Shown here piece by piece: positions 13,742 to 28,517 of a DNA stretch of 64,000 nucleotides (its first letter is position 1; each line of letters opens with the position of its first letter). The DNA comes from Antedon mediterranea (lineage: Eukaryota > Animalia > Echinodermata). The stretch spans positions 19,592,001 through 19,656,000 of the forward strand of contig NC_092671.1 in the NCBI RefSeq assembly GCF_964355755.1. The letters run 5' to 3'. A model generated the notes under the pieces. The model ran no database searches. It worked only from the letters and a program-made list of their open reading frames with translations, and was not told where the DNA came from. The translations under genes were made by a program, and so were the position numbers.

Positions 13742-16116
13742 TAGTAGACAGAAGAAATGATAAAAAGCAGAAAACTTTCATAATTTAAGGTTGGGGAGGC
13801 TTTTTCTCATTCTCACAAATGTCCACACCTTTACTGTTTAACAATGAATTAATTAATTGATTATTATTAAGTTCATCTATGCCTGTACATTCGTGCAAAT
13901 ATAACTAATAATATAGTTTGATATTCACTCGTCCCAAGTGTTACCATTTGGACTAGGATTAGTGAAAATGTGCCTAACTAGCTCTAACTGTTATTTTGCT
14001 TGGGCAAAAAACCCAAATGTTAAGCCTTAATACTGTACTATTTCTGAATAAAAATGCATAATGAATTTAATTATATTCCATGAAATCAATAAAATGATAC
14101 TGTATATTATACTGTATACTGTAGTGGACTTCTTGCTGGTAAGATGCTCACCTACTATTTCAGGGTCTTTAAATATAAAGAGTTTCAAGTCAATATGTAT
14201 CTAAGGATTTCCATTTATTAAATTGGTATTCATTTAGAGAGAATGAGAGAGAATTTAGAATGTTAAGCATATTTAAATGGTTCCTAGCCTAAGTTTAAAT
14301 GATGAATATGGTCACTGAATTCAAATTCTCTGTCTCGGTCATGATTTTTTTTCTAATGAAAAACAATTCCATATCCAAACATAAATGTTTTGTAGAAAAT
14401 CGGATCTGTATGACGTATATTCTGTGAATGGACTGCCACATATATATTGGGACGGCGAATTCAAAATTAACAATCCTTGGCATTACACCTTAAATATGAA
14501 AGTGAGTGTACATGTTCCTGCATAACGTATAGTTAAAATAACAAAAATAGATTGCATGATAATTAGCATGTGATCAATATGAGAGATAAAAAAAGTGTTC
14601 AATATCTATTCTTGCATTAACAAGCAAGTTGAGTTAATCTTGCCTTAATGGCTAAGGTTGTTTGATAAGATACTTGTGTGTGATGCTTCATACTAATAAA
14701 ACGTGACTTTAGGCTACCGCTTCTTGTTTCATTCAGAAGGAGGACATGCGCTTGAATTTGGTAAACAAATCCTTTAACGCCCATAATTACCTAAATCTAG
14801 GGCGTTTTGAAATATAAGGAAAAATCACGTATGGAGGCAAATGCAGTGTTTCTATAAAGGCGCAAACATTGTTTTTATATCCATGATGCACTTGGTTATT
14901 TTCATGTAGACAAACCTAGCAACCTAATTTCCTATAGAAAATATGACAAATTACATTAAGGAAACCTTTTTGCAAGCATATATTCTTTCCTTTAATACAC
15001 AATACTGTTACTAGGCCTACTGTTTATTATATAGGAATCGAATGCCTGTCTATGCGGGACTGTAAAACAATACAATAAATAAGCAATCCTTAATAACATC
15101 TGGTAAACTACACAAAAGTTCATAGTAATTTGGGATTTAAACTTTAAATGGCACAATTTATCTCTTCAACAAATGAAGTGCATCAATTGGCCTTTTTCAT
15201 TTTCCCATTACGTAGTCCCTATGCTATACTTCCAATAATTGGATTATCAATCCATGCATTTCACAAGAAAATACAATATTTTTTCTTATTTTTCAGGTCC
15301 CTGTTTCTGCTGCGAACAAAATTACTCAGATTACTTGGCAGTACAGTAGACATTTCAAACAATTGGTAAAAAAGGGTTCTAATAATAATGGGTAAAATAC
15401 CCGGTATGAAGCTGGTGATCGCCATTCTAACATGAAATATGATGTGTTGATCTTATGGAAGTAAAGACGCCTAAATACATTTAGGTGAAATACATTTTGG
15501 CAAAGCGAAAATTCTCACAAAGAACTTTTACAGCTTTGTCTCAACTGAAAAATAGTGGGAACAGGTAAATAATACATAGACACACTTATATACAAATGTT
15601 GAATACTAATACATAAGAAATACTAAATTATGTATCCAACAATGACCTTGTCCTCGCATAAACTGACCATACTTCTGAATTTGTAATTTAACAGCTAAAA
15701 GCTCATCTAAGATAATGTTAGAATAGATATTTCTTTTATACTAATCTCTCATTTATTATCACGGACAACAGTTTTCCGCCAAAAATGTAATACTTTACTT
15801 ACATATCTATTTCCAAATTATAAATTAGTGATCAATTTTCATAATTTGTATTTGGTATGGAGCCAAGTAGACTAGGTCTTGCTTATGATGGTCAATGGAG
15901 TATAAGATATCGGAAGTTATATGTTGATACAAAGCATTAACGGTAATTTAATCACCTTATTGATGACTTCAAAATTGTCTAAGAGATAATATTGTTGTGC
16001 TTTACTTTGAGCCAATTTTTTTAGAATACTTTACTTTCAAGATTGTCTGAAAACTGATTCTTGTTCAATTAAAAACATTTGCTATCTCAATCAAACAATT
16101 TAAGATAGATTGAAAT

Positions 16117-16420
16117 ATATATTTATACTGGGTAACCTCTTCAGTCAAAGACTGGTCTCCCAGAGGGCCCAGTTGGTGATCAGTGGCTGTGATGTACTAA
16201 TACACCGGGGGTAACCCCCTACTCGTCTCGAAAGATGTACTAGGTTCTTTAAAGTGCACACAAGCTAGATGTGTACACTGGACCTACGGTTTATAGTCCT
16301 TATCCGAGAAGACTCGTTCTACCCCCAGAACCATGGAGTGAGTAAGCCTCGAACCCCTGCCGATGTTATGGCTACGTAATTACGGTTCCACTGTCTTAAC
16401 CGCTCGGCCACTCACTCACT
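16117..16420 (-). mobile_element. tRNA-derived SINE with Deu/Nin-type central domain and LINE-derived tail
   Basis: A box TGGCCGAGCGG (16410-16400) and B box GGTTCGAGGC (16355-16346). The core gtcttctcggataaggactataaaccgtaggtcc...ttaaagaacc...gagtagggggttacccccggtgt resembles the DeuSINE/Nin domain as I recall it. The tail is gggccctctgggagaccagtctttgactgaagaggttacccagtataaa. Confidence 0.85.
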
Positions 16421-19400
16421 GGATAATTCACATGCACTTGTTTAAAGACTAAACCTACGTTTTTTTACTAATTTAAGGTCACACACTACATTTTATGTAA
16501 ATACAGTATAAATACTATATTGACGTATTGTGATAATTTTGTGCGTCTTTTAATGGTTAAAAGTGTGAAAAATAGTAAGTCGATTCTAATCATGTAAGTT
16601 GCCCGCTGTAAGTAAATCCCATCCTTATTGGTAAAAATCACTACCACCATATGTAGTTGTACCTATTAGCTATACCTATTACTTTATTTTTAATAAATAA
16701 AGAACAATTAAAAAAATTTAAGATACTGTATAACTTTTTTTTTTACATTTTTCACTTTTATTTCTCGTATCAACTAAAATAGTAGATTGAAATGCTTCCA
16801 GTTATAAAAATAATGTAGAGATACCGCTGTTAGCATTCTATTCAATAGCATCTATTGGCATTAAATTAATAGTTTGTATGATAGTATTGTAAGAATTGCT
16901 GTTCACCTTCATTGATAGAGTGTACTGATGCTACTCAATTTAATAAACAAATTTGCCATCAATTATCATTGTCATCACATATTGCAATCAGTATATAGAT
17001 TAAGTGATTAATAAATAATGTCTTTGTTCGGGAGATAAATTATGAAAAGAAAAGTAAAATGGTCAACAACCTTCACTATATCTTATCTGATATTTTTTAT
17101 GAGTGTGATTATAGTGTATATAGTCCCTTAATCCCTGTCTGCTCCAAGAAAAAGCTCAGATACACAATTAATTTGTTGAAATTGGCATTGACTAAAGTAG
17201 ACTAGATCAACATATAAACATTATATTTTCAGTTTTGCTCAAGGTTTTCCAATGTAGTAGATTACCATGAACAAAAAGTTTTACTTTATTTTTAGGTTAT
17301 TTTCATATAAACAACAAAACCTATTTTCTGCTCAATGTTTGCTACCAAAACTAGTACCACTACTGACGTCGAGGCATAAACAAATATTAACAATCGAAGG
17401 ATGTTTCATATTATGGTATTTACAAGGAAATCATTAGGTTTAATATTGCAATTTGATGCACTTATTAAGATATAAAATCCACCAGGCAGAGTTTAAAATT
17501 ATGATCTATAGTGACAAGGTCTACTTTGATCCCATATTGACATGCTTATATTAAGCAACCCTATTTTATTTTACTTTTGTTTGAGACTAACCAAAAACTA
17601 TGGAAAGGTGTGACATTGTATATGCATTTCATGCAAGAGATCTCCCATTAAAGATACTCATTCATTCTTTACTATGCAGTCGTGTAATTGATCATACAAA
17701 TTGCACACTATGACGCCTCTACTCCTATTCTTATTGGTGCCAATAAGAATAATGCCAAAACAAAACAGACCGATTTATTCACCAAAACAAATTAGTTCAT
17801 TATATTGAATTTAGATACAAAAATTACTCTATTTTGAATAACATTAATTCAATACTATACAATAGTAATACTCTACAATGTATTTTTTTACATTTCACCT
17901 ATCAAAATAGATAGTGCAGTCTTTTTACGATAGCTAACTGATTTATATTTATTATTATATTTAATTTCAAATGACACCGATTGCTTTGCACAGCAATCAT
18001 TTATAATCAATCAGAGTGATAATAGATTTTATAAACATGACACACAAATCATTTAAACAAAACCATGAAAAATATCAATAACCTGGAAAATCCATTGATG
18101 TGTTATGTTACTTAACAAACTAAGATGCTGATGGAAAAACAATATTACATTAAAATAAGTCTGGATATAAATTAATGAATATAAGATAATGAAAAAAATC
18201 TGATATAGTATGTTTAATGACAATGGCATGTGATTGCTGTTATTCTTTTTATAAGTCATAAATGCAGTAAAAATAAGATGTATTATCTGCTTGAACAGTT
18301 GCAGCTCCATTACAATTTTGTTAGCATAGCCACCTGAGATTTGGTAAAGAACAGGTGATAACTCATTCACTAAAAACCATCATATCCTCTACAGTACACT
18401 TAACAGTATACAAGAGCAGTTGGCTAAGCTTATATAACACAAAAGATATCTTTCTTTATTGTGTGACTTGAGTATACTGCTATAGTAGTCAATATTTATG
18501 TATAAAGAATTGAATTCTTTCCTACTGCCAAGTATATTTCCTAGTGTTATAAAAGAGAGAAGGAAAACATATTTGATTACCTTTTGAAAATTTACTCACT
18601 CCATTGCGATTGTAACAAAAATACAGTGGATGGGGAGGAGAGAAGAGGTGATAATTTAGTTGTGCATGAAAAATGAAAAAAAGGATTCTATTGTTAAACT
18701 TGAATAATACCCCAAATTTCTGTTCAGACATTCAACAGGCATCCTTCCATGAATGCCACTGTATTTGTAACATAATTCAATAATATTACCATGACCGTAG
18801 TCTCAGGGAGTTTGAGTACACATTTTTGGCGAATTTAGAGGGTGGGATTATACTGGGATTGCATTATTATTATTATAATAATCATAATTATATGAAATGT
18901 TAAATTTTGTTAAAGTTTATTAACAGTTCAATAATAAATTGGTGATTTATGGGTATCAGTACAGTGTTCAATTAGGTTTTGTTTCCAATTCCAGAATATC
19001 TGTATCAAATCATTTTTTCATAATTGATAATTTTCTACATGGTCAAACCAAGCTGTTACCAAACTCAAAACGACAGAATCATTATTTTCAGCTCATCCGT
19101 AGAATGAGTACATTGAACGCTTAAATTTATCTCCTGACCGAGTTAATCAAATGGAAAATTTTGAATAGATATCATATGCGATAATTGATGATCAACTTTT
19201 ACAGAAATCTGCCAATCATTTTAAAACAATACCAATTATTAATCATACTAGACACACCGGAAATTATGAAATATTAAGTATAGAATAAATAATAAAATAG
19301 GTATATAAAGGATTAACAATTTAATGATACACATTTGTATTGCATTGCAATACAATATAAAGCCAAAATAGGCAGACTTTTGGAATTGATGTTGTCTCTA

Positions 19401-21941
19401 GTGCTTGAAATATGATGATAAAGGAATTTAGACTACCAGTAAGCTAGGATAAATAAAACATTCTTTATGCAATTTAATGATACAAGTTCTATTAAGGTTA
19501 CATGTTTCTTTTTTTTTAATAAGGAAAGCTATATCTTGAATAAACATTGATACATAAAAGTAAACAATATTATTTTCAACTATTAATAATATCACCATGG
19601 TAACAACTTGCTTGATGCAATAACTGTAGGCTTTTTAACAGAGAAGAAGATATTATAAGTTAAAAAATCCCCTTTTCTTATCTTTTCATTCATTCTCATT
19701 TTATGCAGCTTCACTTTTCACATTTCATTTACATATTTTATGAATACCATCAAGATAGTCATTTTGCGCAGATCATATCAATTGCGACAACGCTCTTGGC
19801 ACAATTTTGTGGTTACACACACCCTACCCCATCAATGCTTATTTGGTATTACACTACAGTACTTCAGTAATTTCTTCAATATGTAGAATTAATCGGTTAC
19901 TGCCATTTGATGTGAGCAAATTTACTCTATGATAATATGATATGTTGTGGATAAGATTGAATCTTTAAAATATAGTACATGTATGTTATATCATGAACAG
20001 CTAAAGAATGATATAGGGAATAGAAGTGCGCTATTCTCTTCGATTTGAACCTAACCAAACATTGCAATTACAGCTACTGTAGTACTTTGTATAACATTGT
20101 TTTAAGAAGAGAAAAATAGATAGATAAGAGGAAAAGACACAGATGGACTAATATAATAGGGAATACATTTAAAGATTACAATATGAATATGCAACTGCTA
20201 AATCCATTAGAATGGTCATGACTATATTTATATATACGAGCTTAATGACAAAGTAAAAATGTAACATGGGAGGAAAACTAATTTTAGATTAAATGTATGT
20301 ATTTTTATTCATGATTTACCAGTAATGTGATAGCAACAAAGGAGTGTTTGACATTCTAGACTATTTCTATTTTACAGTTAAATTGCATGGAAATTATGGA
20401 TAATATTTTATTCTGACTGCAACTTCAGAAGGAATCGAATTTACCATTCAGGTTATCTAAAGTGTAGGGGCATCGCATCCTACAAGAGGATTCTATTCAT
20501 AGTGTCTGTCCCTCTAGGTTGCGTATGATAAATACGACAGCCAATGTGATCCTGCTGCTAGCTCACTCGACTTCCTGTCGTCTTACCCGAGGCGTTGTAA
20601 CAGTCATCTCAAAAGATGAATAAACATGCTCGCAATGGATCATTCCACGGTAATAAGATGATATGCAAGATGAATAGGGCTATTACGAGACAGCAGTGGG
20701 TTGATATGATTGCTAATGTGGCTAAACCTCATCAATTATTTGCCTATCTTGCCTTTGGCTATCAATTGAATTTCATTTTTGGCAGTTTCCAGCAAGTTTA
20801 AGGTTTGCATTAATATAGCCTCATTGAAAATATGAGGTTGGATGAACTAAAGGGTGAGGGATAAATTTGAATGGCAAAACATTCTATTCTCTGTCTATTC
20901 TCATCATCACAACCTATTCTAACTAAATTTAGTTTTTTATTTTAATAAAACTATAATTAGAAAACAGGTCTATGTTTAGGATTAGAAACTATATCATAAT
21001 AAAAAGAATTGTTACTTTTAGTTAGCATTTCCGTGACGTGTTACATTACAAATTTAGAACAGGTCAGTAATCTTCATAGGCCCAAGTAAGACTTGTGAAG
21101 ATCACATTGATGAAACAATGTAACAGCGGTATCCATACATACTGTATGCGCATTTCTTTCTAATGAGTTTTTTACATTATACAGCAAGAAACTAGCGTGC
21201 GAAAACGGTAGATTTCAATGTAACATTTTGCTGCATTGTGTTGTTATGTGAATTGGATTTTGTGAGTTACATGGTTATGAACAGCAGTCACAGGTGTGAT
21301 GGCAATTTTTTTTTTATCTGTAGGTAATCATAATTTAATAATGCAAGTGCAATTATAGTTCTTGCTATTGTATTGTCATAAATACCATATGTCTAGTCTC
21401 ACTCGCACTAAATTTATTTTGGTAACATTTACCAAGAAAGTTCAATCCTACTTGTATCTAAAGATGCATCTCACAAATTATCTAGTGAAAATTAGGTTTA
21501 AGTAAAATATGATTTTTTTAATAGTATTTTGTGCTAGCTTCTAAATATTTATAATAATAATATTATAATAATATGTAAATAATGATTTTTTGTTTATCCA
21601 TCAGAGAAATTCCCAGTGTAATGCTTATTGGACAATAATAATAATTTAATAATATTTATTTCAATATCAACAATGATGGTAGTGATAACATCCAATATGG
21701 AACAAATAATAGGCGACTGTAATGAAGAAACATGATTTAGAGTAGAAACTAACCAGGAAAAATGTAAACAATTATATGTGCAATTTATCACAATCCTGTT
21801 ATAATCCTTTAGGAACAATATTTTAGGGCACTGTTCATTAAAATACTGTGTTATATGATTACATGTGACTTCTGTAACTTCGTATTTTGTTTTATCAAAA
21901 GCATTTTACTTTGTATTGCTTTTAATTGTTGTATTTGTGTC

Positions 21942-22035
21942 TCACAGCAACACAATGTACTTGTACATCACAGCAACACAATGTACTTGTACATCACAGC
22001 AACACAATGTACTTGTACATCACAGCAACACAATG
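21942..22035. repeat. Minisatellite, 26 bp x ~3.6
   Basis: tcacagcaacacaatgtacttgtaca repeated exactly. Confidence 0.95.
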
Positions 22036-23057
22036 CACAATTTACATATGCTAATGAATTAATAAATGGAACTGATGTTTCACACAATCTTTGTAGAACT
22101 AGAAAATCCTTCGTTGTAAATAACATTCATATTTTTAATTCTAATGTAAGACGTTAATGCAATTTTTAATAGTTTTACATTTTTAACAGTATTTTTAACT
22201 TTTTATCTTGTATTTTTAATCTGTTATAATACTGCACGTTTTTAAATTGTTGCAATATTGTTGTTTTAATCTACCAAGCAAAGTGAATTTCAATTTTTAT
22301 GGACAAATAAAATTTCTTGAATCTTGAACCTTGAATGAAAGAATTACATACATTTGTAATAATTTAAATATATAAAATGTTAACATTTTAAACTCAGTAA
22401 CATGTTGCAAGTGGGTATATAGAAATCAACACCAGATCAATATAATTTTTATTGTATAAAATGTTTGCCAGAAGCCATAGCAAACAGATTTGCTACAAAA
22501 GACAGGAATTCCTAGACAGTCACACCTTTTATCAATGGAGGTCTTGAAGATATTTGAGATGGTTCATCCAGGTAATCATAGCCCCAAGTATTTACACATT
22601 ACACACAGGTTTAATAGATGGGGGCATTTAGAATCAATTTAACTTAAGTAGTGAGTTGACCGCCTCAGCCTTGTTGTGGTGTCAAACACAGTGTTTGCTG
22701 TATAAAATAATTTCTGACTTTCATACTAAGTATTTTGATAGTAGCATGCCAGATGGTTGACTACAATAGCATTAATTCTGGTAATACTTTAGGAGTATCT
22801 GGTGTGTAAACCTACATTGGAGTCAAATCATAAACAGTATTTACAAATGAGGTTGTTGATCTTAGTTGTAAGAATGAACCAAGGTCATTACTCTTTACAA
22901 TATTCACTGCACTTGTGAAACCAAACATCTTATAATGACAATGAATTCATATCACCAACTTGACATTAATATATTGTTATAGAGCTGGTTCTATTTATTC
23001 AAGTCACAAGAAGTACAGAATTTAAATTTTAAACTATAGAAATAGTAAGAGGGATTT

Positions 23058-23238
23058 GGTTTATCGCAAATAGCGTGCGAGACGCATGATGGGAAGGGTT
23101 TGGGAGCAAACGTCACGACGCGTACATACATGATTTGTTGTTTGTACGTATGCGTGGTGACGTTTGCTCTCAAACCCTTCCCATCATGTATTGTGAAATG
23201 ATGTTCCTTGTAAATTCAAGCTATTTGCGATAAACCCT
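23058..23238. mobile_element. Palindromic MITE
   Basis: Perfect 17-bp TIR ggtttatcgcaaatagc / gctatttgcgataaacc plus an internal ~40-bp near-perfect inverted repeat (23085-23188). Confidence 0.8.
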
Positions 23239-23674
23239 ATTCTCAAGTAACATCAAAGTGGACATTGAACTTATCCTCCTACCACAGAATTAAACCGTAC
23301 CGTATTCAAGTTAATACTGCTAGTACGACAGTTTAGAGGTATGATTACAGGCTAGTTTATTGAAATGTAGGCTCACCCAAAAAGCATTTAATATCCATTC
23401 TGCCATGAAATTTCACTTTAAACAGGTTAAGTTTAAAAGGTGCTATTTTATAATTTATATAAAATTTGATTTTAATGAGTAGAGACAAGCTGTGAATAAT
23501 AAAATTGCATGTACAACAATTTCTAGAATAAGTACTGTTTCTGTTTAAAGTACTTTTTGGCTAGTAAAATTCTTCTTTTTTTTTCACAAACTGTACAGTA
23601 TTATATGGTATATGTTTTATGAGCTGATTTTTTTCAATGCTGCTCCCAAAATTATACCATGTAAAGATATATAT

Positions 23675-23678
<4 letters not shown>

Positions 23679-23713
<35 letters not shown>
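23679..23713. repeat. (TA)n microsatellite (others at ~28311, ~34713, ~57299)
   Basis: Direct inspection. Confidence 0.95.
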
Positions 23714-23716
<3 letters not shown>

Positions 23717-25495
23717 TATTATACAGTATTTAAAAAATATCAGATTTTATACTGTATACTATTTAATTTGTAGGCCATATAAGGTAGTGGTAAAATAGAC
23801 CTACATTTCAGAAATAAGAAAATGTATTTAAAGGGATTGTACTGAAGACTTCATTTTCATTACAGAAAATCTTGATGACTCAGCTTAATTGAATTGAATT
23901 ATCAATTTTATTAAATTAGTAATTTCAGATTTAACACACAAAGAAGTTATGATTTATAACTATTGGTTATTTATGATTATAGTCTCACTTTATGTAAAAA
24001 TTAAATTGATTTTTCTAGTTGATTACTGAGGGATGGCAATGTGTGAAACCTTCAAGATGTGGGGAAGGTTTAGAAAATTGAACTACTTCAACTGGTTTAA
24101 CTCAATAGGTATACTTCAAGAGTTTGGATGTACTATATACAGCAAAATAGAATGTGCCAGCTTGCACTAAAACACATGTTGCAGATCCAAGAAGCAGGAG
24201 TCAAAATTTATTATTATGGATTACGGATTAATATGCGAAACAAAATATGACTTTCAATTGGTAATTAGTTGAAACAGATAAAAACATGTTTCCAACAATA
24301 CCGCAGCCAGTCGAGTAAATGCTACAAACAAGACATTACACTCATTATTTAGTGGGATTGCACAATACAGACACTAAAAAAGATGTTTTTTATTTTTTTT
24401 TAAATCAACTTTTAAATACACAAATTTAGTTGTAGGCATAATGTACAGTCACATCTATAAAAAAGCGTATTCTTTTCATAAAAAAACCAATGTGCATTGT
24501 AATTTTACAAAAATTTGTGTCTTTTTTTCTTATTAAATAAACATTTGCATCTGCGTTATTGTAGTTTATCGATTAAAATGTCACCCGAATCTAGATACCT
24601 ATTATAGGCTACTAAAAACGGTAAGTGTAACTGACTGGCACTTGACTTTTTAGGCCAGTTAATCTGATTCGGTCAGTCTTCCTGGACATATTTTACTCTG
24701 GAAAGGGTAAGTTTAATGGAGTAAACATACGCACTGAAATGTTTCAGTTAGTTTGATTGGATTAAGTCCAGTGCGAATGAGGCTTAAGTATGTATTGAAT
24801 AGATTCTTGTTGTGTCTACTATTCTTTCCAAAGTATCTTCACTGGAAATGGGCTAATAAAAAAATAAACATAAGAAGATCATTTTGCAATATCATCACCA
24901 ACAAGTCTACTAAAATTACGACTTGCACAGTGCTGTTTAAGTGACAGTTGGTCTATGGTGTCTACTAGTCTAATAATTATTGTTGATTCATGATATCATT
25001 GGTGTAAAAAGATGGCTTGAATTCACAAATGGAACTCAACTGGAACCATTGCAACTATTGCCTTGTTCACTTTTAAGACAGTCCTGTATGTGGTATGCAG
25101 GACTGGTTCATGGGCACAAGTCTCCCTATTTCAGTGTATTCATCATTCTAAAATAATCCCTTGCCAATTGCAATTATTTCACTTCTATTTTGATAAAGTT
25201 TTTGAAGACCTGCACATGATACCCCTGAGCTACAAGAATTTCTGGAATTCAACATATGCAGGCACAAGTCTATAATATTAAAATAGAAACAAAAGTTGAA
25301 TTTTAGCATTTAATATTATGGAATTATAATGTAAATTATTACAAGGCCCTTATTCCTAGTGACAAGTATTTTAAATTTAAATTATTTTAAATAATTATTT
25401 CTTAATCTATCGCACAAATAATTTAATAATTAATTTATGATGATTTCTTTTATTCCTGTCCACCCAGGCAGCACTTGCCAGCTCTTATACTATGA

Positions 25496-25628
25496 CTGCT
25501 AACTTTTCTGGCTGTTTTACTTATCATTTTGATTTAGCTTTTCGCTTTTTTTTTTGTATCTCCATTGAGATCCAGCCACTGATACCCACAGCATTGTCAT
25601 TTTTTCAGTAATTTGCCTTCGGATTTAA
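25496..25628 (+). repeat. Second copy of the Penelope-like repeat (hammerhead core lost)
   Basis: Near-identical to 34786-34919. Confidence 0.85.
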
Positions 25629-26011
25629 ATTTGATGACTACAATATATTATCATATCCCAACACTTTTCGCAGTATTATTTGTATATTTTTGTTGTATAT
25701 TTTCTTTGCTACTAGAGTTTCAAAGTAAAATGTTATTTGAAGTTTTTATGGTATATTAAACAAATACAGTAACTATAAAACCAAGATATTGAGATAAGAC
25801 AGAATTTTAAATAAAAGCTTGAATAAACATAAACAATAAACAAATAAGATACAGTATGGAACATACAATAGGTTATTGTTTATAAAGAATTTTAGATATA
25901 CTGCATTCAAATTGTTCAACAGCGCTTTTGTGGCCATACAGTTGTCAAATTTCAAATGTACTTGCAGTTCATAACAAAATTAACAAATAAACTATCTATA
26001 TTTTGTTTATT

Positions 26012-26391
26012 GGTCTGTTTCTGCTGCATAGCGCCAAATAAACTGTTTTTGTCAACAAAAAGTTAAATATTATTTTTATATCAACTGCATTTCTGCAGAA
26101 CTAAAATCATTAGCAATCGTTAGCACTCTTGCGCCTTGAGCACTTTGTTGATATGTGCGCTCTATATATCTTATTATTATTACCCAAAATGCAATGGGCT
26201 TTGACGGTCAATTCAATTGTTATTCAAGTGACTGTCAATCAAATAACCGTTTGTGTTACCACCATAAGTGGTTAAATGACATTATAAAACAGAATCGATT
26301 GGGAGTTTTTAACTGTTATTTTCAGGTTGCAATTTAACCGGTTATTGTATTCACACGGTAATAACCAGTTTTTTTTAAGCAGAAACAAGAC
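26012..26391 (+). mobile_element. MITE family with ggtctgtttctgctgc termini
   Basis: Starts ggtctgtttctgctgcatagcgccaaata and ends gcagaaacaagac. Related copies or ends occur at ~15296, ~29320-29340 (minus), ~32878-32895, 51652-53107 and ~63015-63054. Confidence 0.7.
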
Positions 26392-26395
26392 AAAA

Positions 26396-26521
26396 TGCTC
26401 TGTCTACACTACCAAACTTTACTTGAAAATGTGATTGGCCCGTATATGGAAACGATGTCATACCACTACAATATGTGGGCACTCTTTTTTGTCAAACTAG
26501 TTTGATAGTGTAGACAGAGCT
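26396..26521. mobile_element. Small MITE (family also at 60549-60706)
   Basis: TIRs gctctgtctacactaccaaact / agtttgatagtgtagacagagc. Confidence 0.8.
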
Positions 26522-27529
26522 TAAGATGCACTGAACTGCCCTGGTTCTAGATTAAATTGACTTGTACCGTAGTTGTACTCTACAGTATTGCTGAAGCTGT
26601 CTTTACCCATTTTGTTTCAAATTTATCTAAAAAGTTGTTATTAATTAAAAGTTATTTAAGGAATGCATGAAAACAAATATAAAAATGGTCAGTAAAATCT
26701 TGTTTAAATAATAATTGTAGTCTTTACAAGCCTTGTTTGAGTATGAGTTTTTACAATGTGTGAACACAGAAAACCATGGGGATTAGCAGTATTTACCAGG
26801 GTTTTTCTTTTTAGAAACTGGTTTCGGCAGTCGTTTATAAATAAAGATCGGGTTGCAGCTCAAATTTTACTCCAATAAACATAATACCACAATGCAGTTC
26901 GTTAGGCGGAAGTGCGATTGGATCAAGGTCAGGTTTACTTTTTTCGCATAGCGCGATCCCAAGAATTGCATCCAATTCGTCATCAAAGGGGAAGGTAATC
27001 ATGTCATTACCTTACAATTACATGCTATTGTTTGTGGTCCTTGGTTAAAGTATAGGTATGTTGCACCCTTTTAAATTTTCTCATCACCAGCCTGAAAGCT
27101 GAAAGAAACTGTGGACTACGATATCGCTTATCATCTATTTCATGTTCTTCCTATACTAATGTAATTTTTTTGCATACGGTAAATAACTCATCGAAATAAG
27201 TTTAGAGTAGTTTCCATTGGCTCAAATTCACATAGCAGATGGTTGGCATATAGTTTGAATAACTGATCTCATATCTGCTTTGTAACATTATATTGGTAAA
27301 AGAAAAGCTTAATTTTTTAAACAAAGACAACACAAAGAAAATATTGACCAAAAGCTAAAGGGCCTAGAGCACAAGAAAGACAAAACCTTTTTCATTTGAA
27401 CTTAATGCTAATAAAGAGAAAGAAACATTTCATTTATTTAATGTTTTATATGAAGATACCTATCGAGTAGATTTCCAAACATGATTGAATTCCCTTTTTT
27501 CACACATCTTATAATGTCGCCAATAATAG

Positions 27530-27731
27530 CAGGCCTTGTCTTTTGAAAATTATAGGTGTGCTACAAATTGCACTCCTCAATACTGTACATTCAGGGATGC
27601 TGTAGATGTGCTGTTTGTATTTTGGTGCGTAGAAGTTTGCCAAATTTAAGGGGGTTGTAAATCGCACTCCTCAAGGGCAGGAGAGTGTTAGGCAAGTGAT
27701 CGCACTCGCTCGCCTTAAAAGACAAGGCTTG
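27530..27731. mobile_element. hAT-like MITE
   Basis: TIRs caggccttgtctttt / aaaagacaaggcttg, flanking direct repeat taatag, and internal tcgcactc/ttgcactc repeats. Confidence 0.7.
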
Positions 27732-28383
27732 TAATAGCATTATTTACTCTATGTCTACATTATGTAGAAAATTAACATTGACAAAATAATCAACAAACTC
27801 AAATCAAAATGAAAAATTATGGTACAGTAATACTAGGTAAGAACTAATAGCCTGTGGCTATATTCAGACATGCCTTTAATAAAATGAGACTTATTAAAAC
27901 CACAGAATTCAATTCAGTTTTCATCAATGTAAAATATCTAGAAATGCTAACAACCCCTAGCGTGACGGAGAAACATTTCAAGTTATCTTAACATTGGAAG
28001 CAATTGTACTTTGGTCTGTTTAATGAAGTGAAAGAGATGCATGGCATGGTACATGCTGAGCTAGGTTTCAACTTTTTAATACTTCTGTCACCGTTAAATT
28101 TCAACTAAGTATACACATACTGTGGATCAAATAAGGTTAATAGCTTTAGCCAAAAATAACATATTTCTGTCATTTTAATATTGCTTAATACCACTATCAA
28201 TCCTTTAAAAGGAAATTACAAAAGTCTTGCAAAAAAGTATTCTATTTTTATGTGCTTTTTAAAATAATAAAAAGATATTTTAATCCAAATTGTATTTACT
28301 GTATACTTTAATATATATATATATACTGCACATTTTATTGAGACTCATTTATAAAAAAGATACAATCATGTTTAGCTCAATGT

Positions 28384-28517
28384 TTTCTGGCTGTTTTACT
28401 TTTAATATCGTTTTGAATTTGCTTTTTGCTTACATTATTTATATATCTCTATTGAGATCCAGCCACTGACTAACCCTGCAGCACTTTTTTTCTTCAGTAA
28501 TTTGCCTTTGGATTTAT
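28384..28517 (+). repeat. Third, more diverged copy of the Penelope-like repeat
   Basis: ttttctggctgttttac...gagatccagccactga...cagtaatttgcctttggattta. Confidence 0.8.

Noticed and set aside
16337-16416. Functional tRNA gene
   Set aside because: It has A/B boxes and an acceptor-like stem but no proper anticodon arm, and it runs directly into the SINE core and tail.
25460-25500. Repeat copy starting exactly at the ribozyme cleavage site
   Set aside because: Homology does start at ~25496, but ggca..tgcc-agctc just upstream may be a decayed stem II and helix III, so a cleavage-defined 5' end cannot be claimed.
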